Shown here piece after piece: positions 1 to 9,729 of a DNA stretch of 64,000 nt. The notes under the pieces are model-generated. The model saw only the letters and a program-made list of their open reading frames with translations, was not told the DNA's origin and made no database searches. The position numbers were made by a program, and so were the translations under genes. The stretch lies in NCBI GenBank assembly GCA_036405895.1, contig DASWWS010000001.1, positions 71,864 to 135,863 of the forward strand, given 5' to 3'. Numbering within the stretch: the first letter of the stretch is position 1; each line of letters starts with the position of its first letter. This stretch comes from Minisyncoccota bacterium. GTDB lineage: Bacteria > Patescibacteriota > Minisyncoccia > Phycocordibacterales > UBA9973.

Positions 1-519
1 GTTTCTGGTATACAGGCTGCATTTATTGGCTTTATTATTGTCGCCCTCTTCCTTATCCTGTGGTATCGATTGCCGGGGTTGGTGGCAGTCTTGGCGCTTG
101 GAATTTATGTAGTGATGACGCTCACCCTCTACAAGCTTATTCCAGTGACACTTACGGCAGCCGGAATTGCAGGCTTCATTATTTCAATCGGTATTGCGGT
201 GGATGCAAATATTCTTATCTTCGAGCGCTTCCGCGAAGAGCGCGCTCGAGGCAAGAAAAATGCCGATGCGCTTGACGACGGTTTTGCGCGGGCATGGCAC
301 TCTATCCGCGACGCAAACATTGCGGCAGTAATCATTGCTGTTATCTTATTCTGGTTTGGATCATCGTTGATCAAGGGATTTGCGCTCACGCTCGGCCTCG
401 GTGTCGTGGTAAGCCTTATCAGTGCAATCACTATTACCAAACTCTTTCTCTCTGCGCTTCCAAAAATGGAGGACAGTCGAATCGGTCGGTTTCTCTTTAG
501 TAGCGGCGTTCGGTCATAA
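1..519 (+). CDS. secD: Protein translocase subunit SecD, C-terminal part (5' truncated by window edge)
   Basis: Frame is open from base 1; motifs GIAGFIISIGIAVDANILIFERFREE, SIRDAN and IKGFALTLGLG; secF follows. Confidence 0.95.
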   Translation, partial: VSGIQAAFIGFIIVALFLILWYRLPGLVAVLALGIYVVMTLTLYKLIPVTLTAAGIAGFIISIGIAVDANILIFERFREERARGKKNADALDDGFARAWHSIRDANIAAVIIAVILFWFGSSLIKGFALTLGLGVVVSLISAITITKLFLSALPKMEDSRIGRFLFSSGVRS

Positions 520-536
520 TCAATTCAGTTTTTATC

Positions 537-1436
537 ATGTTTATCATTCAATACAGAACATTTTTCATTTGGCTCTCAGTTGCACTGTGCACGATTTCAC
601 TCGCTGCGGTTGCAATGTTCGGCCTTCCGCTTGGCATTGATTTCAAGGGGGGATCATCTATTGAGCTTGCGTACAGCACTCCTCGCCCTGAAGTTTCAGT
701 TATTCACTCCGCACTTACTACTGCTGGATATGAAGATGCAGTAGTACAGCCAGTAGGTGACGACAGTATTGTCATTAAAAGCAGCGAACTGAGCGAAGAA
801 GAGCGCGCGGCAATTGTAGAAGCAGTGGGAACAACTGGCAGCGTTGAACAGCGTGGATTTACCACTATCGGCCCGTCAGTGGGAGCGGAGCTTAAGAATA
901 AAGCGATTCTTTCAATCGTTCTGGTACTCATCGCAATTATTTTCTTTGTTGCCTATGCATTTCGAAAAGTTTCCGAGCCAGTTTCCTCATGGAAGTTTGG
1001 ACTTGCGGTGATAATTGCTTTGATTCACGATATTATTATTCCGCTTGGCGCATTTGCAATCATTTCGCATATTACCGGTGCCGAGCTCGATACATTGTTT
1101 ATTGTTGCATTGCTTACAACGCTTGCACTCTCAATTTCAGACACGATTGTTGTGTTTGACCGTGTGCGCGAACATTTGGGCAGCGACAAAAAACAGCCGT
1201 TTCCCGAGCTTGTAGGAGAGAGTCTTAGAGAAACATTTGGGCGCTCTATCAATACATCCTTGATGGTGTTGGTGATGATTGTTGCGCTTGCAGTGTTTGG
1301 TCCTGCAAGTACACAGCTCTTCGCAACCATTCTCGCTATCGGAACATTCTTCGGTATTTACTCTTCAATTTTCTTGGCGAGCCCTATCCTAGTGATGATG
1401 GAGCAGTCTCAAAAGAAGGAAAAAAGCGAAAAATAG
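537..1436 (+). CDS. secF: Protein translocase subunit SecF
   Basis: LGIDFKGG, IGPSVGAEL, ALIHD, SDTIVVFDRVRE and RSINTS motifs. Confidence 0.95.
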   Translation: MFIIQYRTFFIWLSVALCTISLAAVAMFGLPLGIDFKGGSSIELAYSTPRPEVSVIHSALTTAGYEDAVVQPVGDDSIVIKSSELSEEERAAIVEAVGTTGSVEQRGFTTIGPSVGAELKNKAILSIVLVLIAIIFFVAYAFRKVSEPVSSWKFGLAVIIALIHDIIIPLGAFAIISHITGAELDTLFIVALLTTLALSISDTIVVFDRVREHLGSDKKQPFPELVGESLRETFGRSINTSLMVLVMIVALAVFGPASTQLFATILAIGTFFGIYSSIFLASPILVMMEQSQKKEKSEK

Positions 1437-1438
1437 CC

Positions 1439-1500
1439 ATTTCAGAAGGACGGTCCTTCTGAAATCCCCCTAGCAAGGACCGTCCTTGCTAGGGGGATTT
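1439..1500. repeat. Pair of palindromes with AAGGAC-S-GTCCTT core (REP/BIME-like), copy 1
   Basis: ATTTCAGAAGGAC-G-GTCCTTCTGAAAT (1439-1465) overlaps AAATCCCCCTAGCAAGGAC-C-GTCCTTGCTAGGGGGATTT (1462-1500); the same arms recur at 23181 and 34497. Confidence 0.9.
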
Positions 1501-1542
1501 TTGCTTCTTTGCGGGTTTTGGTGCGCGTGCTATGCTGACTAT

Positions 1543-2094
1543 ATGACATGGATAATAATTGCAATTGTAGCTGTTCTGGTACTGTGGTTTATCATTACCT
1601 ATAACGGTTTTGTCACCATTCGAAATCGCGTAGAAGAAGCGTGGGCTGATATTGAGGTTCAGCTTAAGCGCCGCTATGACTTGATTCCCAACCTTATCAA
1701 TACCGTCAAAGGATATGCCGCCCATGAAGCGAGTGTGTTCGAAAAGGTGACAGCAGCGCGATCGACTGCAATGCAGGCAGGAACTGCGGCCGAGCATTCA
1801 AAGGCAGAAGGGGAGCTTTCTGGAACACTCAAGAGCCTCTTCGCGATTGCAGAGGCATACCCGGACCTCAAGGCGAACACCAACTTCCTTGAACTCCAGC
1901 GCGAGCTCTCTGACACTGAAAACAAGATTCAGGCAGCACGCCGCTTTTACAACGGCAATGTGCGCGACTACAACACCAAGCTTGAAACAGCGCCTTCAAA
2001 CGTTGTGGGCAAGATGTTTTCATTCACTTCAAAAGAATACTTTGATATTCCGGACGATGGAGTTGAATCAAAGCCAGTGGAAGTGAAGTTCTAA
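1543..2094 (+). CDS. lemA: LemA family protein
   Basis: N-terminal TM, YNGFV, IEVQLKRRYDLIPNL, AEAYPDLKAN, RRFYN; start placed at ATG 1543, 6 nt after TATGCT. Confidence 0.95.
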   Translation: MTWIIIAIVAVLVLWFIITYNGFVTIRNRVEEAWADIEVQLKRRYDLIPNLINTVKGYAAHEASVFEKVTAARSTAMQAGTAAEHSKAEGELSGTLKSLFAIAEAYPDLKANTNFLELQRELSDTENKIQAARRFYNGNVRDYNTKLETAPSNVVGKMFSFTSKEYFDIPDDGVESKPVEVKF

Positions 2095-2107
2095 TTCAAT
2101 TTACTCA

Positions 2108-3013
2108 ATGGCTACAATCTATACGCACAAAGCTGAAAATGTCACAAAAACATGGCTCCTTGTCGGAGTGTTTGTGGCAGTTGTGCTCGCCATTGGATAT
2201 TTCTTGGCAGCGTACTACAACAACCCCGGCATCGTAACGATTGCAATCATCTTCGCAGTGGTGATGAATATCACGAGCTACTGGTTTTCTGACAAAATTG
2301 CGCTCCGCCTTGCGCATGCGGTGCCGGCTCGAGTGGAGCAGTATCCGGAGCTTCACCGCATTGTCGAAAACCTCTCTATCACGGCCGGCCTTCCAAAGCC
2401 TGGTGTATATATTATTCCTGATGCTGCGCCAAATGCCTTTGCCACAGGCCGAAATGCAAAGCACGCTTCAGTTGCAGTGACAGAAGGCTTGCTCGCACTG
2501 CTTGAAAGAAATGAGCTTGAAGGGGTGATTGCGCATGAGCTTGCACACATCGGCAACAAAGACATTTTGCTCCAAAGTATGGTTGCGGTACTTGTTGGAT
2601 TTATTTCTATTATTGCGGATATGGTCTCACGAAGCTTATTGTTCGGTGGCATGTCTAATAACCATGGCGACAGCGACAACAAGGGCGCAAATATTATTGC
2701 GATCATCGGTATTATTTTTGTCATCCTCTCGCCGATCATTGCGATGATGATACAGCTTGCTATCTCACGCCGTCGCGAATATTTAGCTGACGCAACAGGA
2801 GCACTGCTTACGCGCTATCCTGAAGGCTTGGCAAATGCACTTGCAAAGATTTCAAGCTATGGCAGGCCTATGGCAAATGCAACGAATGCAACCGCGCACA
2901 TGTATATCAGTAACCCGTTTGGCGGAAAGGCTGCAAGCGGTATTGCGCACTTGTTCATGACACATCCACCGGCTGAGAAACGCATTGCTCGCTTACACGA
3001 AATGGCGCAGTAA
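2108..3013 (+). CDS. htpX: Zinc metalloprotease HtpX (peptidase M48)
   Basis: PNAFATG, HELAH, SRRREYLAD and THPP motifs; usual lemA-htpX pairing. Confidence 0.95.
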   Translation: MATIYTHKAENVTKTWLLVGVFVAVVLAIGYFLAAYYNNPGIVTIAIIFAVVMNITSYWFSDKIALRLAHAVPARVEQYPELHRIVENLSITAGLPKPGVYIIPDAAPNAFATGRNAKHASVAVTEGLLALLERNELEGVIAHELAHIGNKDILLQSMVAVLVGFISIIADMVSRSLLFGGMSNNHGDSDNKGANIIAIIGIIFVILSPIIAMMIQLAISRRREYLADATGALLTRYPEGLANALAKISSYGRPMANATNATAHMYISNPFGGKAASGIAHLFMTHPPAEKRIARLHEMAQ

Positions 3014-3015
3014 AA

Positions 3016-3537
3016 ATGAAAAACCGCGGATTCACTTTAATCGAACTCCTTGTCGTTATTGCAGTTATTGGCATTCTTGCATCAGTGGTGATGGCAAGTT
3101 TAAACAGTGCTCGAGTGAAAGCCCGAAACGCGCGAAGGACAAGCGATATAAAACAACTATCGAATGCATTTCATCTAGGGCTTGATGGAACCGGGTCACT
3201 TCCAAGCAGTAATGGCACGTGGGCATGCGTCAGTGCAACGTGTTATGACGGATGGAGCGTACAAGCCCCTGTTGCTGCAGTCGATACCTATCTCGCACCA
3301 TATCTTCCTACAAAGCCATCGGACCCAGTGGGAGGGTCCCGCGGATATGGCGGGTATTTATATCTTAGTGCTTGGGTAGGGAGCGTTCGCTATAACGGAC
3401 TCACCTATCCTGCAGGAGCATACCTTTATTGGAATGTTGAGATGCCTGCAACAGAAAGTTCATGCGCTCCAGGTGGAATTTTGAGCTTTGGCACAAGCGG
3501 AACCTATGCCTCTTGTATGCTCCAACTTAATACATAG
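3016..3537 (+). CDS. Type IV pilin-like protein (paralog 1, 173 aa)
   Basis: Class III signal MKNRG/FTLIELLVVIAVIGILASVV; C-terminal Cys pairs. Confidence 0.9.
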   Translation: MKNRGFTLIELLVVIAVIGILASVVMASLNSARVKARNARRTSDIKQLSNAFHLGLDGTGSLPSSNGTWACVSATCYDGWSVQAPVAAVDTYLAPYLPTKPSDPVGGSRGYGGYLYLSAWVGSVRYNGLTYPAGAYLYWNVEMPATESSCAPGGILSFGTSGTYASCMLQLNT

Positions 3538-3574
3538 TTGCGAAATCTCTCTGAGCAAGTAGAATCTAGAACAC

Positions 3575-3661
3575 GGAGGATTCGCATAGCGGTCTAGTGC
3601 ACCATGTTGGAAACGTGGCAGGGTAGTAATGCCCTCGGGAGTTCGAATCTCCCATCCTCCG
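3575..3661 (+). tRNA. tRNA-Ser (GGA), long variable arm, CCA not encoded
   Basis: GGAGGAT/ATCCTCC acceptor stem, anticodon arm CCATG-TTGGAAA-CGTGG, T arm GGGAG-TTCGAAT-CTCCC. Confidence 0.95.
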
Positions 3662-3792
3662 CAAAAATAGGAAGTCATCAAAGATGACGACCATATTTTT
3701 GCGCAGTGCATTATAAGGAGCCTTAACGACTATATAATGCCTCCGCAAAGCCTGAGCGATTCGAATCCCGTACCTTCTGTTATAATAAGGTA

Positions 3793-4314
3793 ATGAAAAA
3801 CCGCGGGTTTACCCTCATTGAACTTTTGGTAGTCATCGCGGTGATCGGCATTTTGGCAAGTGTTGTGATGGCAAGTTTAAACTCTGCGAGAGTGAAGGCC
3901 CGTAATGCTCGCCGAAGCAGCGACATCAAGCAGCTCTACAATGCCTTTCAGCTTGGTCTTGATACTACAGGAGCGCTTCCTAATAATGGAGCAGCATGGT
4001 CATGTGTGAGCGCAACGTGCTATGAAGGGTGGAGTGGTAACACAGCGCACGCAACAGTGGATGCATATCTTGCACCGTATCTTCCCAGCAAGCCGTCCGA
4101 CCCAGTTGGCGGAAGTCGGGGGCATGGAGGATATCTTTATAATGTTGCATGGCCCGGGAGTGTTGCATATGACGGCTACACATTTCCTGCAGGATCATAT
4201 ATCTACTGGCTCCCTGAAGCTCCGCTCGGGCCCAACTCATGCGCACCAGGGCGATTGTTGGCAGTTGCTTCGGGTGGTAACTACGCAGCATGCATGCTCC
4301 AGCTAGATCGCTAA
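3793..4314 (+). CDS. Type IV pilin-like protein (paralog 2, 173 aa)
   Basis: Same class III signal; shares CVSATCY.GW and KPSDPVGGSRG.GGYLY with 3016; TATAAT lies 6 nt before the ATG. Confidence 0.9.
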   Translation: MKNRGFTLIELLVVIAVIGILASVVMASLNSARVKARNARRSSDIKQLYNAFQLGLDTTGALPNNGAAWSCVSATCYEGWSGNTAHATVDAYLAPYLPSKPSDPVGGSRGHGGYLYNVAWPGSVAYDGYTFPAGSYIYWLPEAPLGPNSCAPGRLLAVASGGNYAACMLQLDR

Positions 4315-4392
4315 TTATTTCTCCACAAAAAAACTAAAAAATCCTTTAGTAATATATGCAAATGTTGTAAAATAGAGCTATCTATTAGCTCG

Positions 4393-7305
4393 ATGCAATA
4401 CCACTTTTTTAAAAAACTTTTTTATGCACTGAGTATTCTCGCGATAGTATTTTCCGCAACTTCGCCTGTTGTTTTTGCGGCTCCGGGCGTACCAAACATT
4501 GTCAACTATCAAGGAAGGCTTACTGATAATGCAGGCAGACTTCTTGGTGGAAGCGGCACCAATTATTATTTTCGTTTTTCATTGTGGACTACTCCTACGG
4601 TAGGAGGCGGAAGCAAGCTGTGGCCTGCTGGCCAGCCGGGCACGGTAACTACAAACGTTGTCGATGGGGTGTTTAATGTAAACATTGGCGACACCGTAAA
4701 CGGCTATCCTGATGCGCTCGATTACAATTTCAACGATAGTGATGCGGTGTACCTACAAATCGAAGTATCAAGCAACGGATCTTCATTTGAAACACTTGGT
4801 CCTCGCCAGCGCATCGTTTCGAGTGGGTACGCGATTAATGCGCAGACGGTCGCTGGTCTTGCTCCCGGAACTAGTGCAAACAATATCCTCACGCTCGGCG
4901 CAGACGGAGAGATAGTGCTTTCAAGCACTGGCGTTTCAACGCTTGGGGATATTGCTGCGGGAGTCATTTCAGCCGGTACATGGAATGGGTCTGCTATTGA
5001 AGACACATATTTTGTGAAGACAGGAGATTGGACGGGGTTGTTTGACGGAAACGAGGGAAGCTATTATTTGGACGCAAACAATCTCACAAACTTTGATACA
5101 CGCATTGCAACCGCAGTCGCAAGCCTCACCACCGACGACATCGCAGAGGGCGACAACAATTTTTATTTCAGCAACACGCTTGCGCGCGGAGCGCTTTCGG
5201 CGGGGAGTGGTATAACGTATGACAACACGAGTGGCGTCATTTCAAACAGTGGAGCGCTTTCATTCAATACGCGAACAGGGGACATCACGCTTGTTTCCGG
5301 CGACGTGACGGACGCGCTCGGCTTTGCGCCAATGAACCCATCAGGAACGACGGCGCAGTATTTCCGGGGAAACGGCACGCTTGCAACATTTCCAACAACA
5401 GTGTCATCGTTTACTAACGATAGCGGGTTTATAACAGGCAACCAAACGATTACTCTTTCAGGAGATATTTCAGGGTCGGGCACCACCGCAATCACTACTG
5501 CCATAGGTGCAGGGAAGGTGACCAATACCATGCTGGCAGGCTCTATTGCAGCATCAAAACTTGTTGGTACTGATATTGTCACTGTTGGGACAATCGGGGC
5601 GGGTACATGGAATGGCACAGTAATTACTCCTGCATATGGTGGAACAGGAGTGAGCACTATTACGGGAATCGTAAAAGGAAACGGTACCTCGGCATTTACG
5701 GCTGCAGTTGCCGGTACAGACTATGAAGTCCCTTTGACATTTTCGACCGGGCTCACGCGCTCTACAAATACAATAACAATTGATAACACTGTGGTGACCC
5801 TGACAGGGAGCCAGGCACTTTCGAATAAGACTGGGAATATTTCACAGTGGACCAACGATGTCGGATATGCGACAGGGGGCGGAACTGCTTCTGGAACAAA
5901 TACCGGAGACATTACGCTTGGAACAATTGGTTCATCTCCTAACACAAGCGGCGCAAGCCTGGTAGGGCAAGTACTGACCTTGCAGCCCGCAGATGCAACG
6001 CGCGGAGGAGTGTTGACGGCAACGGCACAGGAGATTTTAGGAGAAAAAAAATTCCTCAATCGAATCGTCATTGAAAAGTCAGTCGACTCGTCTTTTATTG
6101 CAAACTCTACAACCGGGCGCTCGGTGGCAGTGGTGTCTGGCGCATTGAAGTCATCGTTTCTTTTTGATAACGGCGGGCCTTTCTCAATTCAAACCAATAC
6201 AAAAGCAAATGTTAACAACGGAACGCCGAGCGGTGTTTCACTTCTTGAGCTCAGTGCCACAGGGGATATGTCAATCGGTACGACTACTGCAGCTGACCAG
6301 CCGCGCCTCGATGTTCTTGTAGCAACTGCAAGTATTACCACTGCAAGCCGTACTGTTATACGCGGACGCAACGCTGGCTCGTCATTTGTCACTTCAGGAC
6401 AAGCAAAGACAAACTATATCGCCGAGTTTATCAATACTGCCACTCGAAGTACCGGTGCAAACAATCTTACCAATGTGGCGCTCTATGCTTCTGCAAGCGG
6501 GGCACAGGTAAACTACGCGGGTATTTTTGCGGCAGGGAATGTGGGTATTGGGGATGTGACCCCGGACTACACGCTCGACGTGAAGGGGACAATTTGTCAG
6601 GACACTGATTCAGACGAAACCTGTGACGGGTCGGTTACTTCTGATGCGCGATTAAAAACAAATATCGAAACTATTCCTTCGGCCCTTGAAAAAATCAGAC
6701 AGCTTCGAGGGGTGTACTTTGATTGGGACGAAACGAACAGCCATACGGCATTTCTTGGACGCGGGACTCGGCAGGTAGGAGTAATCGCGCAGGAAATCGA
6801 AGCGGTATTTCCTTCGCTTATTTATCGAGACAGCAGCGGGTATCGAATGGTCGACTATCAAAAACTCACCGGGCCGTTGATTGAGGCGGTAAAAGAGCTT
6901 GATATACAGGTCCAAGCAATTCCTGTATATGAAGACGAAACATTCACAGAAAAAATTGCTGACTTTTTGCGAGGTATTGCCGAGCGCGGAGAAGCGATTA
7001 TCGATACGGTCCGCGCAAAGAAATTGTGCGCAGAAGACGTGTGCATCAACCGCGACCAGCTCCAAGAGATGATTGAGTACATCAACAACCAACAAGAACA
7101 GTCTTCCGGAGGATCTTCATCGAATCCTCCAGTAGATGAAGAAATTCCGCCAGGCGATGCAGAGCCTGAAGGAGATACTGTGCCGGAAGGGGGAGAAGAT
7201 ACTCCGCCTGCTGAAGAAGAGCTGGTACTGGAAGAAACACCCGAACCCGAACCTGTTCCCGAAGAAAGTCCTGAACCAGAACCTGAATCACCTCCAGTCG
7301 AATAA
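4393..7305 (+). CDS. Secreted phage-tail-fibre-like trimeric adhesin with peptidase S74 intramolecular chaperone
   Basis: Signal peptide; N-terminal NYQGRLTD domain; G/T/S-rich fibre modules; SDARLKTNI...LRGVYFDW...GVIAQEIE...VDYQKL S74 signature; acidic Pro/Glu-rich tail. Confidence 0.8.
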   Translation: MQYHFFKKLFYALSILAIVFSATSPVVFAAPGVPNIVNYQGRLTDNAGRLLGGSGTNYYFRFSLWTTPTVGGGSKLWPAGQPGTVTTNVVDGVFNVNIGDTVNGYPDALDYNFNDSDAVYLQIEVSSNGSSFETLGPRQRIVSSGYAINAQTVAGLAPGTSANNILTLGADGEIVLSSTGVSTLGDIAAGVISAGTWNGSAIEDTYFVKTGDWTGLFDGNEGSYYLDANNLTNFDTRIATAVASLTTDDIAEGDNNFYFSNTLARGALSAGSGITYDNTSGVISNSGALSFNTRTGDITLVSGDVTDALGFAPMNPSGTTAQYFRGNGTLATFPTTVSSFTNDSGFITGNQTITLSGDISGSGTTAITTAIGAGKVTNTMLAGSIAASKLVGTDIVTVGTIGAGTWNGTVITPAYGGTGVSTITGIVKGNGTSAFTAAVAGTDYEVPLTFSTGLTRSTNTITIDNTVVTLTGSQALSNKTGNISQWTNDVGYATGGGTASGTNTGDITLGTIGSSPNTSGASLVGQVLTLQPADATRGGVLTATAQEILGEKKFLNRIVIEKSVDSSFIANSTTGRSVAVVSGALKSSFLFDNGGPFSIQTNTKANVNNGTPSGVSLLELSATGDMSIGTTTAADQPRLDVLVATASITTASRTVIRGRNAGSSFVTSGQAKTNYIAEFINTATRSTGANNLTNVALYASASGAQVNYAGIFAAGNVGIGDVTPDYTLDVKGTICQDTDSDETCDGSVTSDARLKTNIETIPSALEKIRQLRGVYFDWDETNSHTAFLGRGTRQVGVIAQEIEAVFPSLIYRDSSGYRMVDYQKLTGPLIEAVKELDIQVQAIPVYEDETFTEKIADFLRGIAERGEAIIDTVRAKKLCAEDVCINRDQLQEMIEYINNQQEQSSGGSSSNPPVDEEIPPGDAEPEGDTVPEGGEDTPPAEEELVLEETPEPEPVPEESPEPEPESPPVE

Positions 7306-8612
7306 TGACTTCCTTTCCGTATAAAAAAAGTATCATAGCGTTTGCCTTAAGCATATCTCTTGGAGTACTGATGCATCCCGAGAATGGCTTTGGTATTACG
7401 CCAACCTCTTCAAGTTACACTGTACATAACCCGGTCATTACCAGTGGCTTTGCCTCAATGGCATCCGGAAATTTTGGATTAGGCCAGTCATTTGGTCAAT
7501 CGGTTATCGGCAAGTCGCTTTCATCATCATTTGCAGTGTGGAGCGGATTTCAATATTTTGCCAGTGCGGGAACATTCACCCTTTCCGGGGTGGGGGGATC
7601 AAGTCAGGCGCAACTTTCTTGGACAATACCCGAGGTATTTAACGGAGCAGTTATTTCCGGGTATGAAGTGGGAATCGGGACAACATCGGGCTCGTATACG
7701 TTTCAGGATGTTGGGAATGTCACTTCGTTTACAAAAACAGGGCTCAATAACAATACGCCGTACTATTTTTTAGTGAAAGCGCACACTGCTTCAGGTGCAC
7801 CATTGTCGTTTTCCAATGAAGTGAGTATTACTCCAACAGGAACTATTACCCCGCCAGGCGGCGGTGGTGGTGGAGGGGGAGGAGGCAGTTCAACGGGGAC
7901 GGGGAGCGTTATTGTTTCAGGAATCGCATATCCGGGAGCGACAGTCGTTATTCTTAAAGACGGCAAGATTGAAACACAAACCACTGCCGACCCCGGAGGC
8001 GCATTTAACGTGCTTCTCTCAAGCCTTCGCGCAACCCACTATGCAATCGGCGTGTATGCCGAGGATACTGCAGGAAGAAAATCTCCTCCATACAGTTTTC
8101 CGGTCACGCTTGCAGACCAAGTCACAATTACTATTGCCAACGTATTTCTTGCGCCAACTATCGGCGTTGATAAGTCGGTCGTTGCGCAAGGAGAGCCGAT
8201 TGGAATTTTCGGTTCTTCCGCACCTAATACGCAGGTGAATATTTATGTGCACTCCGCGCAAGAGTTTGTGGAGAAGGTGACTTCAACTACCACCGGTGCG
8301 TGGTTTAAGCAGTTCGACACCACCTTTCTTGAAATAGGAGACCATAGTACATTTTCTCGCGCTGTGCTTTCTGACCAAGTAACGAATACCAGTGTGACAG
8401 TACCGTTCGTTGTGGGTACAACATCAGTTCCGATAGAGACGCTCGGTCGGAGCGACTTGAACAACGACGGGCGCGTGAACATTACCGACTTTTCCATGCT
8501 CTTGTACTATTGGCAAGGAACCCCGCCGCCCGGTTCAAAGGTGGATATTATAAAAGACGGCATTGTTAACAGTACAGACCTCTCAATCATGCTCTATGAT
8601 TGGACTGGATAA
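7305..8612 (+). CDS. Secreted protein with FN3/Ig-like domains and a C-terminal dockerin-like (EF-hand pair) domain
   Basis: FN3-like LSW...GL...TPYYFLVKA; poly-Gly linker; SDLNNDGRVNITDFS...DIIKDGIVNSTDLS duplicated Ca-binding motif. Confidence 0.75.
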   Translation: MTSFPYKKSIIAFALSISLGVLMHPENGFGITPTSSSYTVHNPVITSGFASMASGNFGLGQSFGQSVIGKSLSSSFAVWSGFQYFASAGTFTLSGVGGSSQAQLSWTIPEVFNGAVISGYEVGIGTTSGSYTFQDVGNVTSFTKTGLNNNTPYYFLVKAHTASGAPLSFSNEVSITPTGTITPPGGGGGGGGGGSSTGTGSVIVSGIAYPGATVVILKDGKIETQTTADPGGAFNVLLSSLRATHYAIGVYAEDTAGRKSPPYSFPVTLADQVTITIANVFLAPTIGVDKSVVAQGEPIGIFGSSAPNTQVNIYVHSAQEFVEKVTSTTTGAWFKQFDTTFLEIGDHSTFSRAVLSDQVTNTSVTVPFVVGTTSVPIETLGRSDLNNDGRVNITDFSMLLYYWQGTPPPGSKVDIIKDGIVNSTDLSIMLYDWTG

Positions 8613-8616
8613 AATT

Positions 8617-9729
8617 ATGAAAATACTTTTGCAAAAAATTATCAGTACAATTATTTTTAGTGTATCTCTCTGCGTTCTTTTCGCAACGCCAAGCAGTGCT
8701 GCCACCCTTTCAGCAAGTGCGGCCCAACAGCAAGTGTATGCGGGAGATACGTTTGCAGTGGAATGGTTTCTCGATACAGAAAATCAATCAATCAATTTGA
8801 TTGACGCAGTGCTAACGTATTCATCAGAAACACTAGAAGTCATTGAACTCTCAACGGGTGTTTCCTCGTTTACGCTGTGGCCAAACCAGCCATATGTTCT
8901 CCGTGCTGGAACTATTAGCCTTACCGGAGGTATCCCTGCCGGAATTACAGGCGCGCGCGTGCGAGTACTGCGCACCGTATTTCGCGCAACTGCTCCCGGA
9001 ACTGCGACCATTGCCACCGCAGCTCCTTCACAGGTACTGCTTAACGACGGAATTGCAAGTGCACGGCCTCTTGGTGTGACACCTGTGGTTTTTGAAGTAC
9101 TGCCGGGCGACAGCGCGCCGTACAGCATCTACTCAACCACGCATCCGCTGGAAAACGTCTGGTACAAAAATACGCATGTGGAAATTGATTTTACACAAAT
9201 AAAGGGAGAAGAATACAGCTACAGCTTCAGCACAAATGCAGAACTTATTCCCGACGCTGTGCCGGACAAAGCAAGGACGCCGATTGTGTACGACAATATG
9301 CCAGACGGCGTGTATTACTTTACCCTGGCAAGCCGCTCTGGTGGCGGAGCGTGGCACGAAGCGCGCGTTTTTCGCGTACAGATCGATACCCAAGCTCCCG
9401 AATTTATTGATGCAAACATAGCGACAGATGAATCTCTGTTTGAAGGAAAAGCATTTGCAACATTTGCGGCAGTGGATAAGACTTCCGGTATTGAAAAGTA
9501 TGCAATAAAGAGCGGATGGTTTGGAACGTATAAGACTGCGACAACACCGTTTGAACTTCGCCGGCCGATTGTGGGAGATACGACATACATCCGTGCAATT
9601 GATAGGGCAGGAAATGTACAAACAACTGCGATCAATTTCCCTGGATACAGTAGACCGTTGTATGCGTATGTTGTTATACTATTGATACTAATAATTGTCG
9701 CTCTACGAATTCGACGAATACATTCATGA
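8617..9729 (+). CDS. Cohesin-like domain protein with C-terminal membrane anchor
   Basis: Signal peptide; GDTFAV...QSINLIDAVLTY...LEV...VFRATAPGTATI...VLLNDG cohesin-like beta sandwich; C-terminal TM followed by basic residues. Confidence 0.7.
   Translation: MKILLQKIISTIIFSVSLCVLFATPSSAATLSASAAQQQVYAGDTFAVEWFLDTENQSINLIDAVLTYSSETLEVIELSTGVSSFTLWPNQPYVLRAGTISLTGGIPAGITGARVRVLRTVFRATAPGTATIATAAPSQVLLNDGIASARPLGVTPVVFEVLPGDSAPYSIYSTTHPLENVWYKNTHVEIDFTQIKGEEYSYSFSTNAELIPDAVPDKARTPIVYDNMPDGVYYFTLASRSGGGAWHEARVFRVQIDTQAPEFIDANIATDESLFEGKAFATFAAVDKTSGIEKYAIKSGWFGTYKTATTPFELRRPIVGDTTYIRAIDRAGNVQTTAINFPGYSRPLYAYVVILLILIIVALRIRRIHS

Noticed and set aside
1486-1542. ORF-track N-terminal extensions of lemA, thrS, smc, the FAD enzyme, dnaE, rnhB, pyk and hpf
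   Set aside because: They run through promoters, palindromes or neighbouring genes; family N-termini and -10 positions support the later starts.
4393-7305. Prophage tail gene
   Set aside because: It has a Sec-type signal peptide and cellular neighbours; there is no capsid, terminase or integrase in the window.
7858-7887. GGN run as a phase-variable tract
   Set aside because: It encodes an in-frame poly-Gly linker with mixed codons, not a pure slippage repeat.
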